A stretch of 63,946 bases of DNA, the filler included, from Reticulomyxa filosa (taxonomy: Eukaryota; Protista; Foraminifera), in the NCBI GenBank assembly GCA_000512085.1. It is 16 parts of 16 records of this genome, joined end to end, with 100 filler letters (N's around TTAATTAATTAA, not from the genome) between each part and the next. Parts side by side here need not be neighbours in the genome. Positions count along the whole stretch, not along the records: positions 6,880 to 14,551 come from ASPP01037399.1; positions 14,652 to 17,153 come from ASPP01006952.1; positions 17,254 to 18,737 come from ASPP01037930.1; positions 18,838 to 22,890 come from ASPP01045651.1; positions 22,991 to 27,689 come from ASPP01027042.1; 11 more parts are not named here. One strand, 5' to 3'. The stretch's first letter is position 1, and each line of letters starts with the position of its first letter. Under the pieces are notes generated by a model. That model saw only the letters and a list, made by a program, of their open reading frames with translations, did no database searches and was not told where the DNA came from. Shown one piece after another: positions 12,777-24,248 of the stretch. Both the position numbers and the translations under genes were made by a program.

Positions 12777-14551
12777 ATGACAACAATGGCGATAATGGGC
12801 CTTGATGAGCAGCAAATATAAATTCAAGTGAAAATGAAGTGCTTGCAACGACACAAACGATTGAAACAGAAGCTCAGATACATTTTTGAAATTTGGAAGG
12901 AAAGTAAATTGGAGGTTAAACCAAGAACAAGATATAATAAGATGGCAGAAATACTTAAAAATAATGAAAGTATGGGAAAGAAAATGAAAGTACTAGTGAT
13001 CATGATTTAAGGAAACGGGCGACGACTTTCATACAAAATGAAAGAAAAAAGGAAGCAGGAAAACAAAAGTACGAGGGAACATAAAAGGAAACGATAAATC
13101 AAGAGCTCCTAAATGCAAAAAAACAAACTAGCAAGATAACTGATTCCAAAGGTGCGAACAAGGGCGTGGAAATATATTTTGATTTTAGTAAGAATTCCAC
13201 CAGTCAAAGAATGATAATCGATTAAGGTGCAATTGCAAATTAATAAAAAGACCACAGACAGTGGCAAACATGACAAGTGATTTCACGAGATATGACTTTT
13301 AAAACAATGTGGCAAACAATGACGAGAATACGCAATAACGCAAGTATTCAAGATCAATTAGTAACTTTTATGAACGTATACAGAAGTAGATGGTATTACG
13401 AAAAAAGGTAACAACATGGACGAAGAACAATGTATTAAAAAAGAATATGTAAGACTTTAAGTTGAAAGAATATAATACAAATAACCAAACTTTAACTTAT
13501 AGCAACAATGAATGCAACATAATCGAAAGATAACGACACAAAAATTGACAATATTTTGAAAATAAAACATTGATATATAAATACAAAAAATGTGAACAAG
13601 GTTACTAAATCAAGAAAATGGGAAATGATGAATGAAAACTCAAGAAAGCATAAAGAAAAGCAAGTAATTTAAGAAATTGTAATTACAGTACAAGTGACAA
13701 TCACAGATATAAAGTACATAAAGTAGAAATTCTGAAGCACAAAACACAATAATGGAATTTTGCAAAGCATACAGACGCAATTTGAAGACAAAATGTATTG
13801 ATTTATAAAATGCAGAAACAGATTATGGACACAAATTAGCAAAGAGATAGTGTAAAAGAAAAATAAAGAAAACTGATGACACAATAAATGATATATGAAT
13901 ACATACAAACAATTTTCAAACAAAATAAAAATATGAATAAACAAACGAAACAAGTAGTAGAATGTATTAAAAAATCAAAACAAAAGATTAATATGATAAC
14001 AAATACAACGGAAGATATTAACTATTTTTGTATTGTTTTATACACTTTTATTAAAAACCAAACACTTTTTTGGATTCTCCAGGATGATTATGTATTATTT
14101 AAAAAAAGAATTTTGAATAAGTGTTGATTTTTCATGAAGAAAGAAATCAATGTTCATATGGGTTCATTTTAGGTAGATCTTTTTTTAGTTGCTGATTGTA
14201 TCATAATACGAGCATTGACAAGCGAAATGAAATTAAGTAATGAAATGTGTATAATGATCAGCAATAAAAGTTCTAAAAATATAGCATTGAAGAAGACAAC
14301 GAACATTTTATGCAAGCGAAAGTATTCTCAGTCATGGATTATGAGATAGTGAATGAACATGACTTCTGGCAGAAAGCAGAGCCAAAAATGGAAGTAATCA
14401 AACAATACGTAGCATCGGACCATTATACAATAAAATGCACTTTCAAAGAAGCGGGGAAACAGTAAAAGAAAGAATGAAGCTGATACGGAAAACACCGAAG
14501 ACGAAATGCAAAAAGGAAGTGAAAAAGAGATATATCAAATAATAGAAGATA
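12777..14551 (+). pseudogene. Degenerate A-rich coding-like sequence, unidentified
   Basis: Strong + strand A/G bias with short Lys/Glu/Asn-rich frames broken by stops; no motif recognised. Confidence 0.3.
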
Positions 14552-14651
14552 NNNNNNNNNNNNNNNNNNNNNNNNNNNNNNNNNNNNNNNNNNNNTTAAT
14601 TAATTAANNNNNNNNNNNNNNNNNNNNNNNNNNNNNNNNNNNNNNNNNNNN

Positions 14652-15045
14652 CATTATGCTGTGATCTTTCACTTGTTTGAACCAATTTTTTTTTAAAAAG
14701 TGCATATACATATATGTGTATATATTTGCTCTTTTCATTTTTTTTTTTGGCTCACATTAAAGCAATATTTTCTGCTTTTAATTGGGCTATGTCGATCACT
14801 TTGTCACCATATATTTGCTCTTCAATTGCCACATTTGTGAGCACGCTCTCCAATTCAAAGTCTGCAGATATGCCTTTTTCAGGCTCGTGTTCTGCTTCTG
14901 TTTCTTCTTCTGTTTCTTCTTCTATTGGTTCCTCTTCTTTCATACCAAAACGAACTTTACGACGTACTTTGAATTCATTGTTATCCACCACATTCTCCTC
15001 AATTTCATCTGCTGGACTCTCCATCACCACATCCAACGTTGCCAT
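14652..15045 (-). CDS. 5' exon(s) of an acidic/coiled-coil protein, 3' truncated
   Basis: ATG at 15045, Glu-rich ORF, GT donor near 14755, then contig end. Confidence 0.6.
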
Positions 15046-15289
15046 TTAATGAAACTATTGATGCGGATCTGCTCGCATGAAGGGAAAGCCGCCCTAAAGA
15101 CAAAGTTTTTTTTTTGTTTACAAGTTTAACGCTGCAGTTTCATAAGATAGCTTTCCTGTCGTTTTTGCAGATCACACTCCTAACTTTAACATTTTCTTTT
15201 AGCATGTTCATTTTTTACAAAGTGCCAAACTCGCTTAGTTGTTCCCCGTTTTCCACCCTCTCTTGATAGATCTTTTCGAAATAATCATA

Positions 15290-15790
15290 ATGTCAGCAAA
15301 TAGTCGCTACTCTGGTGTGGAATTACCTTCCCCGCTGATTTCATTTCAAAATAACCACAAAGCAGAAGAATCTTCTCGAGATCTGTCGGTGGAAGTGACA
15401 CACGAAGGAGGTTGCCACTGTGGAGCAGTAAAGTGGGAATTTGTTGGGGGAGAATCTCTAACAGTGTGGGACTGCAATTGCTCCATATGTCGAATGAAAG
15501 GTAATTTTCATACAATTATTCCAAAATCAAAATTCAAATTGTTGAGTGATCCCAGCAATTTGACAACTTATACATTCAACACAAAACAAGCCAAACATAT
15601 GTTCTGCAAAAAATGTGGTGTCCAATCCTTTTATCATCCAAGGAGCAACCCGGATGGTATAGGCATTCAAGTGTATTGCATCCAATCTAAAACAATCAAA
15701 AATATCACCTTTGCGACATATAATGGTCTCAATTGGGAAGATGCTTACAAAAAACTTGAAACTACCATTTCACAATTTTCAAAATTGTGA
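15290..15790 (+). CDS. CENPV: CENP-V / GFA (Mss4-like) zinc-binding protein
   Basis: HEGGCHCGAV, CNCSIC, HMFCKKCGVQSFYHPRSNPDG and NGLNWE are the GFA/CENP-V signature. Confidence 0.93.
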   Translation: MSANSRYSGVELPSPLISFQNNHKAEESSRDLSVEVTHEGGCHCGAVKWEFVGGESLTVWDCNCSICRMKGNFHTIIPKSKFKLLSDPSNLTTYTFNTKQAKHMFCKKCGVQSFYHPRSNPDGIGIQVYCIQSKTIKNITFATYNGLNWEDAYKKLETTISQFSKL

Positions 15791-15983
15791 TGTTCAAAGT
15801 TTTTATAATTGTGCAAAAGGGGAAAAAATAATTTATTTTTTTTCAAGTTCAAAATTGACATACTTAAAATTTTTTTAAAATACTAAAATTTATTCAGAAA
15901 CATTTATAAGTTATCAGACTAATCACAGAGAGCAAAGAGGGTAAAAATATTTAAAAAACTACATTTTTTTTAAAACATTATTA

Positions 15984-17153
15984 CTATTTCCAGTATATTT
16001 GTCTACATCTTTTTTTACCAACTGCCGACCTTGAGCGTCTTTTCAAGCACTTAGCGCTCTTTTCTATAAACGCCGCACTTTTTCGTTCAGTGTTTTGACC
16101 GTGTTTGCTGTTACTTCGAGTGTTTGGTGATTTCGTCCACAAGGCCTGAACAGAGCGTTTTTTTTTTATTACTCTGTTCATGAATATTTTCGGCTTCCAT
16201 CACCGCATCAAAAAGCTGTCGTTTCAAAGTATTTTTTTTAAAAAAAGTAGAATGGGGTAATAATTTTTTCAAAAATTCAGCTCAACTTTGTGTGGGTCGG
16301 TAATGTTTTTGTGCTGAAATACCGCCGAGTTTGCAGCTGTGTCTCTATGCTTTTCAGATATAATCTGTTCTGCTTGCTTTTTTGCAGTTTTTTGTAAGCA
16401 TTCGATCGACTTTTCAATATGTTTAAGTCTGTCGGAGTCAAAAGTAGAAGTGGAGCTTTTCTTTGGTAACACTGTACTATCTTGGTCACATTTGCAGTGC
16501 GCTGGAGAAACGGAGTAGGTACTCGGCTGAAGCGAAGCTTTTTCAGCCAATTGTTTTTCCAGCCTATCCATTCTCTCTTTCGACTGTGTCATGTCTTGTT
16601 TGCACTCCAAAATTGCAAGCTTTAATTCATGGATTATTTGTTCTTTGTCCGTTTTGTCAGAGCCACTTGTGCTGTGTGACTGTGTCGAACTGGAATGACT
16701 CATTGTGGGTTGCGTTGGACACACTCCTTTAACATAGGCAATTGACTCTTCCAACTGGCTCCACAATTTTGTCTCGATAGCAGACATTTTTTTTGTAAGG
16801 TGCAATCTCTGTGCCAAATATTTCGTTTGCTTCTTATCAATCATTTTTTTTTTTTTTTTTTGAAATTAATATTTTTGCAAAAGTTAATTGAACCTGGTTT
16901 TGCAATTTTTGGTAAAAATCGTCCATTAATTTGGAGCATGTTTGCTCGGTCCGTTGTGCAATTTCTGTGGCGTTTTTTGCAAACTGCTGTTGTTGTGCAA
17001 TGGACTGTTTCATTCTTTCCAAACACTTTTCGTACTCCTCTTTCACATATCTTCGCACCGAATCGCTAGTCGTCTTTGGCTGTTCTATGCTTATTTGATT
17101 CTCAAGGTACTCGATTTGCTTTGTCATGTTGTCTTGCACTTCTTTCAGCTGCT
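15984..17153 (-). CDS. 3' exons of a coiled-coil protein of unknown function
   Basis: Three consecutive heptad-rich Q/E/K ORFs (17139-16837, 16844-16269, 16181-15984) on the same strand. Confidence 0.6.
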
Positions 17154-17253
17154 NNNNNNNNNNNNNNNNNNNNNNNNNNNNNNNNNNNNNNNNNNNNTTA
17201 ATTAATTAANNNNNNNNNNNNNNNNNNNNNNNNNNNNNNNNNNNNNNNNNNNN

Positions 17254-17620
17254 TTTTTCATTTGGATGCTTTGCATCTGTTAGCAAAAGAAAAATAATAA
17301 TTAAATATGGGGTAGGCTCCCCGTCTCCGCAAGGAGTAATAAAGGTTTGTTATAAATTTATATATTCATTTTTTTAAAAAAAAAAATTTTTTGTTTATTC
17401 ATAACAGCTGAAACCCGTCTGTCAAAAAAAAAAAAGAAATGGTTTTTCATTTGGATGTTTTGCATCCTACAAAAAAAAAAAAAATTGAACATGGAGTAAG
17501 GCCCCCTGTCTCCGTAAGGAGTACAAAAGGTTTGTTATATATTTATATATATATGTTAACAAAATTAACTTTATTTGTTTTTTGAACAATAGCCTCAACC
17601 CATTTGTTCAAAAAAAAAAT
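17254..17620. repeat. Imperfect tandem duplication, period about 189 bp, with conserved hairpins
   Basis: Copies start at 17254 and 17443. They share TTTTTCATTTGGATGYTTTGCATC, GTCTCCGYAAGGAGTA, AAAGGTTTGTTATA and AACCC-T-TGT followed by poly-A. Confidence 0.85.
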
Positions 17621-17994
17621 AAAGTATACGTCATGTCCACGTCCCCATAATCTACAAAGAAACACTCAGGGGTTGAAGCCACCACGCATTCAAAAATAAA
17701 TAAAAGAGTTTGTTTTTTTATTTTTATTTTTATCTTTTTTTTTAAATCAAATATTTGTGTGCTTGTAAATAGGCACGCCCCCATCAAAAAAAATTCTATG
17801 TGTCCCCTCCCCATAACAAAACACAAAAAAATAGATTTGTTGGAATTGGAGCTTTTGGCTCCACAGCAAAAGTATATTTTTTGTTTTTTTCTTTAAAAGA
17901 TAAAAAAATTATTTTAATTTGTGATTGTATGTAGGAAATAAGATCAAGAACTTTTGGAAAGTTTTTTGTTTATGTATTTTTTATTTTTTATTTC

Positions 17995-18275
17995 TATTTG
18001 AGAGTATTGGGATATTGGGAAAAAGGGAAAAAGTGAAAAAGGAAAAAAGGAAAAAAGGGAAAAAAGTGGGAAAAATTGGTGGGGACAATTTTGTTTAAGA
18101 AAAATGAAAAAAAAGAATAATGAGAAAATAAAATAAAAAGAAAAAAAGATCAAAAAAATGATATTATTGAAAAAAAGAAAAAAAAAGATTAAAAGAGGAA
18201 AAAAAAGAAAAAAAGATGAAAAGAAAAAAAGATGAAAAAATAGGGAAAAAAAGTAGGAAAAAGGAAAAAAAAAAT
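17995..18275 (+). repeat. Purine-rich low-complexity tract (A-runs separated by G/GG)
   Basis: Repeated GGAAAAAA-type units, almost no C. Confidence 0.8.
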
Positions 18276-18837
18276 GTGGATATGCGCATGAGCGCACTGT
18301 GTAAAGAATAAGATGTCGTTCTCGACAATGAGACGACATTGTCAATGTTTATTGTTAAGCGGTCAGCTTGACGACCGTGAAATATTTAATGTTTGGGACA
18401 TGTGGACTTCAAGATTTGTGTTAATTGTAGTCGGGTCGATGAAATCCCATGCAACCAATGGCAGTGTCAATATGTTTCTTATTTTGATTGTATGTGTGGA
18501 CTTGGTTATTTGGCTTTCCTATACAACATCGTCAACACAAGAACCACCTAACCAGATGACGAAGCTTACTTTCAAAAATACTAACTTCATTTCAAAGTCG
18601 GAGATAAAATTCGTTTAATTGAAACCACCGATGCAGCTGGCACTGATAAAATTATTGCATTTGGTTTTGTGTTTTCTGCATGTAACAACAAACAACAAAT
18701 AAATATTTATACTTGTTATTATTATTTATGATTAATTNNNNNNNNNNNNNNNNNNNNNNNNNNNNNNNNNNNNNNNNNNNNTTAATTAATTAANNNNNNN
18801 NNNNNNNNNNNNNNNNNNNNNNNNNNNNNNNNNNNNN

Positions 18838-19750
18838 ATCGTCGACAAAGATACAATAACAACTGTTGGGCCACCAAGCAAAAGCTATTCCTTCCATTCC
18901 GTGTTTCGCGAGCATGCATCTAATGAACTGTGTAATACCATTATCGACCAAATGTTGCATAACGTCATCATGGGATTCAACGCTGTGTTGTTTGCCTATG
19001 GTCAAACAGTGAGCGGAAAGACATTTTCAATTATTGGCAATCAACAACAAACGGAAATCGGAATGCTGCCCCACATGTTGCGCTCAGCGTTGGACAAGCC
19101 GGGTATCTCACGAGTATCCCTCTCCGCAGTAGAAGTATTAGGACAAATCGTCACTAGTATTGAATTTTTCGACTTGTTGGATCAGCGCAATCAAAATTCG
19201 GATTGGTCGAAGAAAATCGGATCAACCACAATTAACATTGATAAGCTCAATCAAACCGTTATCCAAAACCCGGAAGACGCATACACAATTGTCCAAACCG
19301 CACGTCAGGCTTCACAAGTCGCACCAACAGGTAAAAATCCAGATTCCTCGCGTGGACGTGTCGTTTTTTTGTCTCAATTACAACCTCCAGCCCAAACGAA
19401 CGTACAGAATCAACAAAGTCCTTCATCGTGGTGGATTGCGCCGGAAGTGAGGGAGACAGTGCACTCGGCGATGACTTCGCTCATTCAACCGACAAGAAAA
19501 TATTACATTGTAGAAGACGGGAAGCAGGATGCATCAATACAGGTTTGTCGCAATTACAAATCATGTTCAAGAACTGCGTGAACAAGGAAAACTAACACAG
19601 GCAAAGGGCGATGGATTACGTAAGTTTTTGCACTAATTCGTTAACGCACATACACAAATATCCTTCTTGTTTACATTATCGCCGGCCGCAATCAACGCCA
19701 AAGCATCGGAAGCTACGTTAAAATTTGCAGACAATGCAGGAGCGATTTAA
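18838..19750 (+). pseudogene. Intronless kinesin motor domain, disrupted (2 frameshifts, 2 stops), 5' truncated by contig end
   Basis: GFNAVLFAYGQTVSGKT (P-loop, 19000-19023), NPDSSRG (switch I, from 19336), VVDCAGSE (switch II, from 19434, frame 3), REAGCINTGLSQL, LFTLSPAAINAKASEATLKFA (frame 2). Confidence 0.92.
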
Positions 19751-19938
19751 GTTCAACTAATACAGGTCCCTTCATCAATTAGAAAACAAATCCCATCCGG
19801 TCGTACGCAAACCAATCAGCGACAAGAAGTCCATGAACATAAAACGCACATATACCCGGTAGAACAAACAAAATTTGACATCCCCACAGGCAAACAAACA
19901 ATTGGTAAAAACAGTGTACGTAGTCATGTCCCAGCTGA

Positions 19939-22890
19939 CACAGCAGATCAACAGTTTCAGGCACAAGATATTTCGTCGCATCCGGCCCACGGATTCGAAA
20001 ACAGCGAGAGGAATTAAATTATCCGAAAGCGCAAATCCCGACAACAAACGAACTATTCTCCTCCACGTTCGACATAGATGAAGATGCCAATCCAATTTCA
20101 GTTCAACAATGCAAGACAGTTCCAGCACAGTCACGTAAGATCCATCCTGATTACGACAAAGATTTTTACTCGTGCACTGTTCCTCATTGCCCGCAGCAAG
20201 GGGTACGTTGGTCCGTCGTAGAAAGTCTTCACACACACATGAATCAACACGCGCAAAAGAACATCGCAGGCGAAGTTCATGTCGATTATATGCAGTCATT
20301 CTCCAGAATTATTTGTGTAAGCTGCCGAACAACAGTTTCAGTCGCACACGCAAGAAACGGAATGCACAAAAGATGTCAGAACGCTCAAAAGTTCTTCCAG
20401 CAATCGCAACTAGTCTCCAATCATACTCAACAGAACTTACAAATGGCTGGCACTCATTGGATCCTTCATTCACCAACAGCAATTGCAGTCTGTCCTGTGA
20501 GATTGATACCTCGAGTTCCAAAATGCTTACGAGCAGACGTTGCAGCGTGTGCGTCACATTGTCTCCAAGACATTAATACATACAATAGCGTCGCATGGAG
20601 TCACTGGGCTATGTTCACCAGAGTCATTTTGTGGAAACCAAGCAGGGGAAGCCCCAAAACCAACCGAATGATTACGTTGATTCGGGATAGAATTCGTCGT
20701 TGGAAGCAAAAAGACCTCCAGTCATTATGGAACGAGTTTATAGATCATTCCCGAGAGATTTCGTCCCACTCGTTAAAACCCGCACGAGCTCCCACCAAAT
20801 CCGACAAACTTCGATCATGTCGCAATTTTGCAGCATTGGGTGAGTACTCCAACGCTTTTTGAGCGCTTCACTCCCAAGGACGATCGACATACGACAAGTG
20901 CACAATAGATGAACTTAAAGCGAAACATCCAAGCGAGGAAGAACCAAAGATCGATTTAGAGTCACCACCAAGAAACCCATTTACGAAGGAAGAAGTAATT
21001 GCATACGCACAGAAGTTAAGTCGTTCTTCGTCCGGTGGTCCTGAATTTTTCTCAGCGCAATACCTCCTGGATATGATCCCCTTTGAAGTGGAATCGGGTG
21101 TTGTGAGTCAATGGACACAAGTGGCACAACTCATTGGTGAAGACGAAGTAAATGTGGAGGTTGCTGCAATCGCATATGTGGCTCGATTGATCGCCATTCC
21201 AAAACCAGACGGATCTCCTAGGCCGATAGTAATTGTATGTTTACTTCAACGTACGGCAGCAGCAATCCCTCCACAAGGCACAAACACGAAATACAACAAG
21301 CGGTGGTTGCGAAACAGTTTGGAATCAACGTCCCTTCAGGCGTGGAAGTATTCGTACATGGATTCAAAGCGGCTGTCCAATGGGCAAGCAAGGACAAAAA
21401 CTGAGTCGCAGTCAAAGTCGATTTCAAAAACGCTTTCAATATTATACGTCGTAAAAAACTATTGGAATTAGTCGGTTCGAGTCTACAATCATTATTCAAG
21501 TATGTTCATGGTTGCTATGGAAAACATTCGTCACTGTTTCTGCCAACTGGTGAAACCATTCCATCATGTACTGGCATACAACAAGGAGATCCACTCAGTG
21601 GATCCCTATTCGCAATAGTCTTGGCTGATGCCTTGGAAAATTCTTTTCATAATCACGCGTGCTATTGGGCAGCGTACCACGACGGTTTGACAATGGCAGG
21701 TACAATTGATTCTGTCTCTTCAGCATTGGCATCCATGAGAAACCTTGGCGAATCCCATGGATTGTTGGTAAATTTGTCAAAAAAGTGAGTGGCTGTCGTT
21801 AACCCCTCCAACAGATAGGTCATTGCTATTCTTTTACAACAACACTGGCAAGTATTGCTATTGGGACACCAACTGATGTAGATGCTGTTATGGAACAAAA
21901 AGTGACTAATTTAGATTCCACATTCGATACTATCGTGCAATTGGATCATCTACAGACATCGTTATTGCTTCTGCGTCATTGCAGGCATTTATCCAAAATC
22001 AACTATTTTCTTCGTGTTAACTTTACATCTTCAACTTGCAAATGGGCCAAACAGTTTGACCATTCAATCCGACTATGCATTGAGCGGCTTCTAGGCAGAT
22101 CTCTTTCTGATATTCAATGGAGATAATGTCAATTACCAATTCGGTGGGGTGGATTAAACCTGAGCACAATCAACAATTATTCAAGCGCAGCATTTATTAC
22201 ATCCGCAGCAACGGCATTTGACATGTTATCGAAGGTTTATCAGCACAGCATCCCTTTAGAATTGATATCACAAGATGAAATTGATTCCACAGTATACAAT
22301 TACAATACAAGAGTTCCTGTAACACAACAAATATCAAATTGGACAAATATTACATCTCAGTCATCACTTGCAAATTTCATATCAGTGCAATCTCTTCATT
22401 CGCCCCAAGCGTCAGCAGATGAACGTACCAATTCAATGCTTACTGCTTTGTCAATCAATCAAGCTTCAGCATTCCTCCATGCCAAGCCAAATCGTTTTGC
22501 GCGTACGTACTTCGAAAATAAAGAACTCAAAGCGGTTTTATACATGCGTCTAGGTCTCACTTTCAACTGATAATAAATACCATGGTGATCATCGTTGCAA
22601 AGTAGAAATGGATCCCTATGGAGATTATGGGTTAGCGTGCCCGTTCGGCTGAGGTCGCATTGCAAGACACGATGGAGTTGTCAGTGCAATTTCGTATTTA
22701 TTATCAAGAGCAGGATTGCAACATCAAAGGGAATGCCGTGACGGCTTTAACGGAAATGAAAGACCTGGTGACATTGGACTCAAATGGTTTGGAAGTGTAC
22801 GTTATATGACATTGTTCGACTTTGGAGTTACACACAGTTGGAAGCAACGACAAGGGCGTTATACAAGATTGAAAGCGGCAGACACTTTCT
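19939..22890 (+). mobile_element. Degraded CRE-clade-like non-LTR retrotransposon ORF (C2H2 zinc finger - RT - CCHC - restriction-like endonuclease), 3' truncated
   Basis: CTVPHC-x15-H-x3-H (20173-20250); LKAKHP; SSGGP; LIAIPKPDGSPRPI; QFGI; VDFKNAFN; GIQQGDPL (QQ from 21579); YHDG for Y(L)DD (21675); GLLVNLSK; LPIRWGGL; GDYGLAC...RHD; RPGDI...FDFGVTH. Multiple stops and frameshifts. Confidence 0.92.
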
Positions 22891-23051
22891 NNNNNNNNNN
22901 NNNNNNNNNNNNNNNNNNNNNNNNNNNNNNNNNNTTAATTAATTAANNNNNNNNNNNNNNNNNNNNNNNNNNNNNNNNNNNNNNNNNNNNTTGCGTTGTT
23001 TACAAAAGTTAAACTTTTTTGTGGTTCATTTTTTAATATAAAAAAAAAAAG

Positions 23052-23603
23052 GAAACTCGTGATCCTGAAGGCAAGTTCAAACCCAATGTTGTCAACACTG
23101 TGGTGTTCTTGGTAAGCACGGTCCAACAAGTAACTACATTTGCGGCCAATTATGCAGGGTATCCTTTTATGCAAGCCATTGGTGAGAACAAAAAATTGTA
23201 TCGCACCATCATGATATTATGTGGGATATGCTTCGCTTGTGCACTCAATTGGTTCCCTGAGTTCAACGAATATATGCAAATCTCTGAACTCCCTTCCGAA
23301 GAATTCCGAAACAACTTGATCGCATTGATGATTGCGGACTTGTTCATTTCCATCACTTGGGAAAGGCTGTGTCGCTCGTTTTTACGAAAAGTGCCTCACT
23401 CCTTGGTCAGACCCATCTTAGACTATCCTAATGAAAAACTCGTCACGGAAATTCGAAAGAAACACATCAACAAAAAAATTGAAGAGCGACAAAAACAAGG
23501 GGATACTGGCTTATGGGCTCAAATCAAAAAACAGTCACAAATGATACAAAAAATACAACAAGAACAAGCTCAAACCCAGGGACATCTCTCCTCCAAGCGA
23601 TAA
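23052..23603 (+). CDS. ATP13A1: Last exon of a P5A-type ATPase (ATP13A1/Spf1)
   Basis: FKPNVVNTVVFLVSTVQQVTTFAANYAGYPFMQAIGENKKL and FPEFNEYMQ match the P5A C-terminal membrane segments. Confidence 0.88.
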   Translation, partial: ETRDPEGKFKPNVVNTVVFLVSTVQQVTTFAANYAGYPFMQAIGENKKLYRTIMILCGICFACALNWFPEFNEYMQISELPSEEFRNNLIALMIADLFISITWERLCRSFLRKVPHSLVRPILDYPNEKLVTEIRKKHINKKIEERQKQGDTGLWAQIKKQSQMIQKIQQEQAQTQGHLSSKR

Positions 23604-24248
23604 AAAAAAAAATTGACTGCACAACAATACCGATAATTTGAGAAAAAAAAATATTCACATTACTCGAAACTTCAGTAGATGTGTTTTTTTGTTGCGAAAT
23701 TTATTTGAGCAATAACTTTAACAAGAGATTTTATTTTTGCCATGCAAAATGGTCTTTCATTTTCTTGGTTAAACTCCTTTTTTTGGATTAAATTGAATTT
23801 AAAACAATAAAAATTACTCTTAGTCTTGCACTACTCATTACAGCATTATATGTTTGCTTTATTTATATTTACATCCCTTTATTTATAGATCTTTTCAATT
23901 TCAATTTTTTTTTGACATAGCACGCAAAGCCTTGATTCTTAAGAAATGAATGTTTACAGCGTTTCACACATTTTCATTTTTCTCTTTCAAAAAATTGGAC
24001 GGAAACCCCCAAAGATGTCGAAATATTAAAAAAAAATTGAATAAAATTTGCACTTTTTCAGAAATGAATGGAGTGAAGTTTTTATTTGGCATAAATGAGA
24101 CAGAAAGTGATTCAGAGAGTGCAGATGAAGAATCAGTGGGTGAGTCAGAGTTCAGTGAACTGGTATGTGAAGTCAAAGGACGAAGTTCTATGATCGACGT
24201 ACATTACTGTATGAGATGTATGATTTTTGATGACTGAACAAGAATCCG

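Noticed and set aside
17944-18345. 133-aa Phe-rich ORF
   Set aside because: Translation of the purine-rich low-complexity tract.
18313-18737. Possible coding remnant, or the 5' part of the kinesin element
   Set aside because: No recognisable motif, and it is separated from 18838 by an artificial linker, so adjacency is meaningless.
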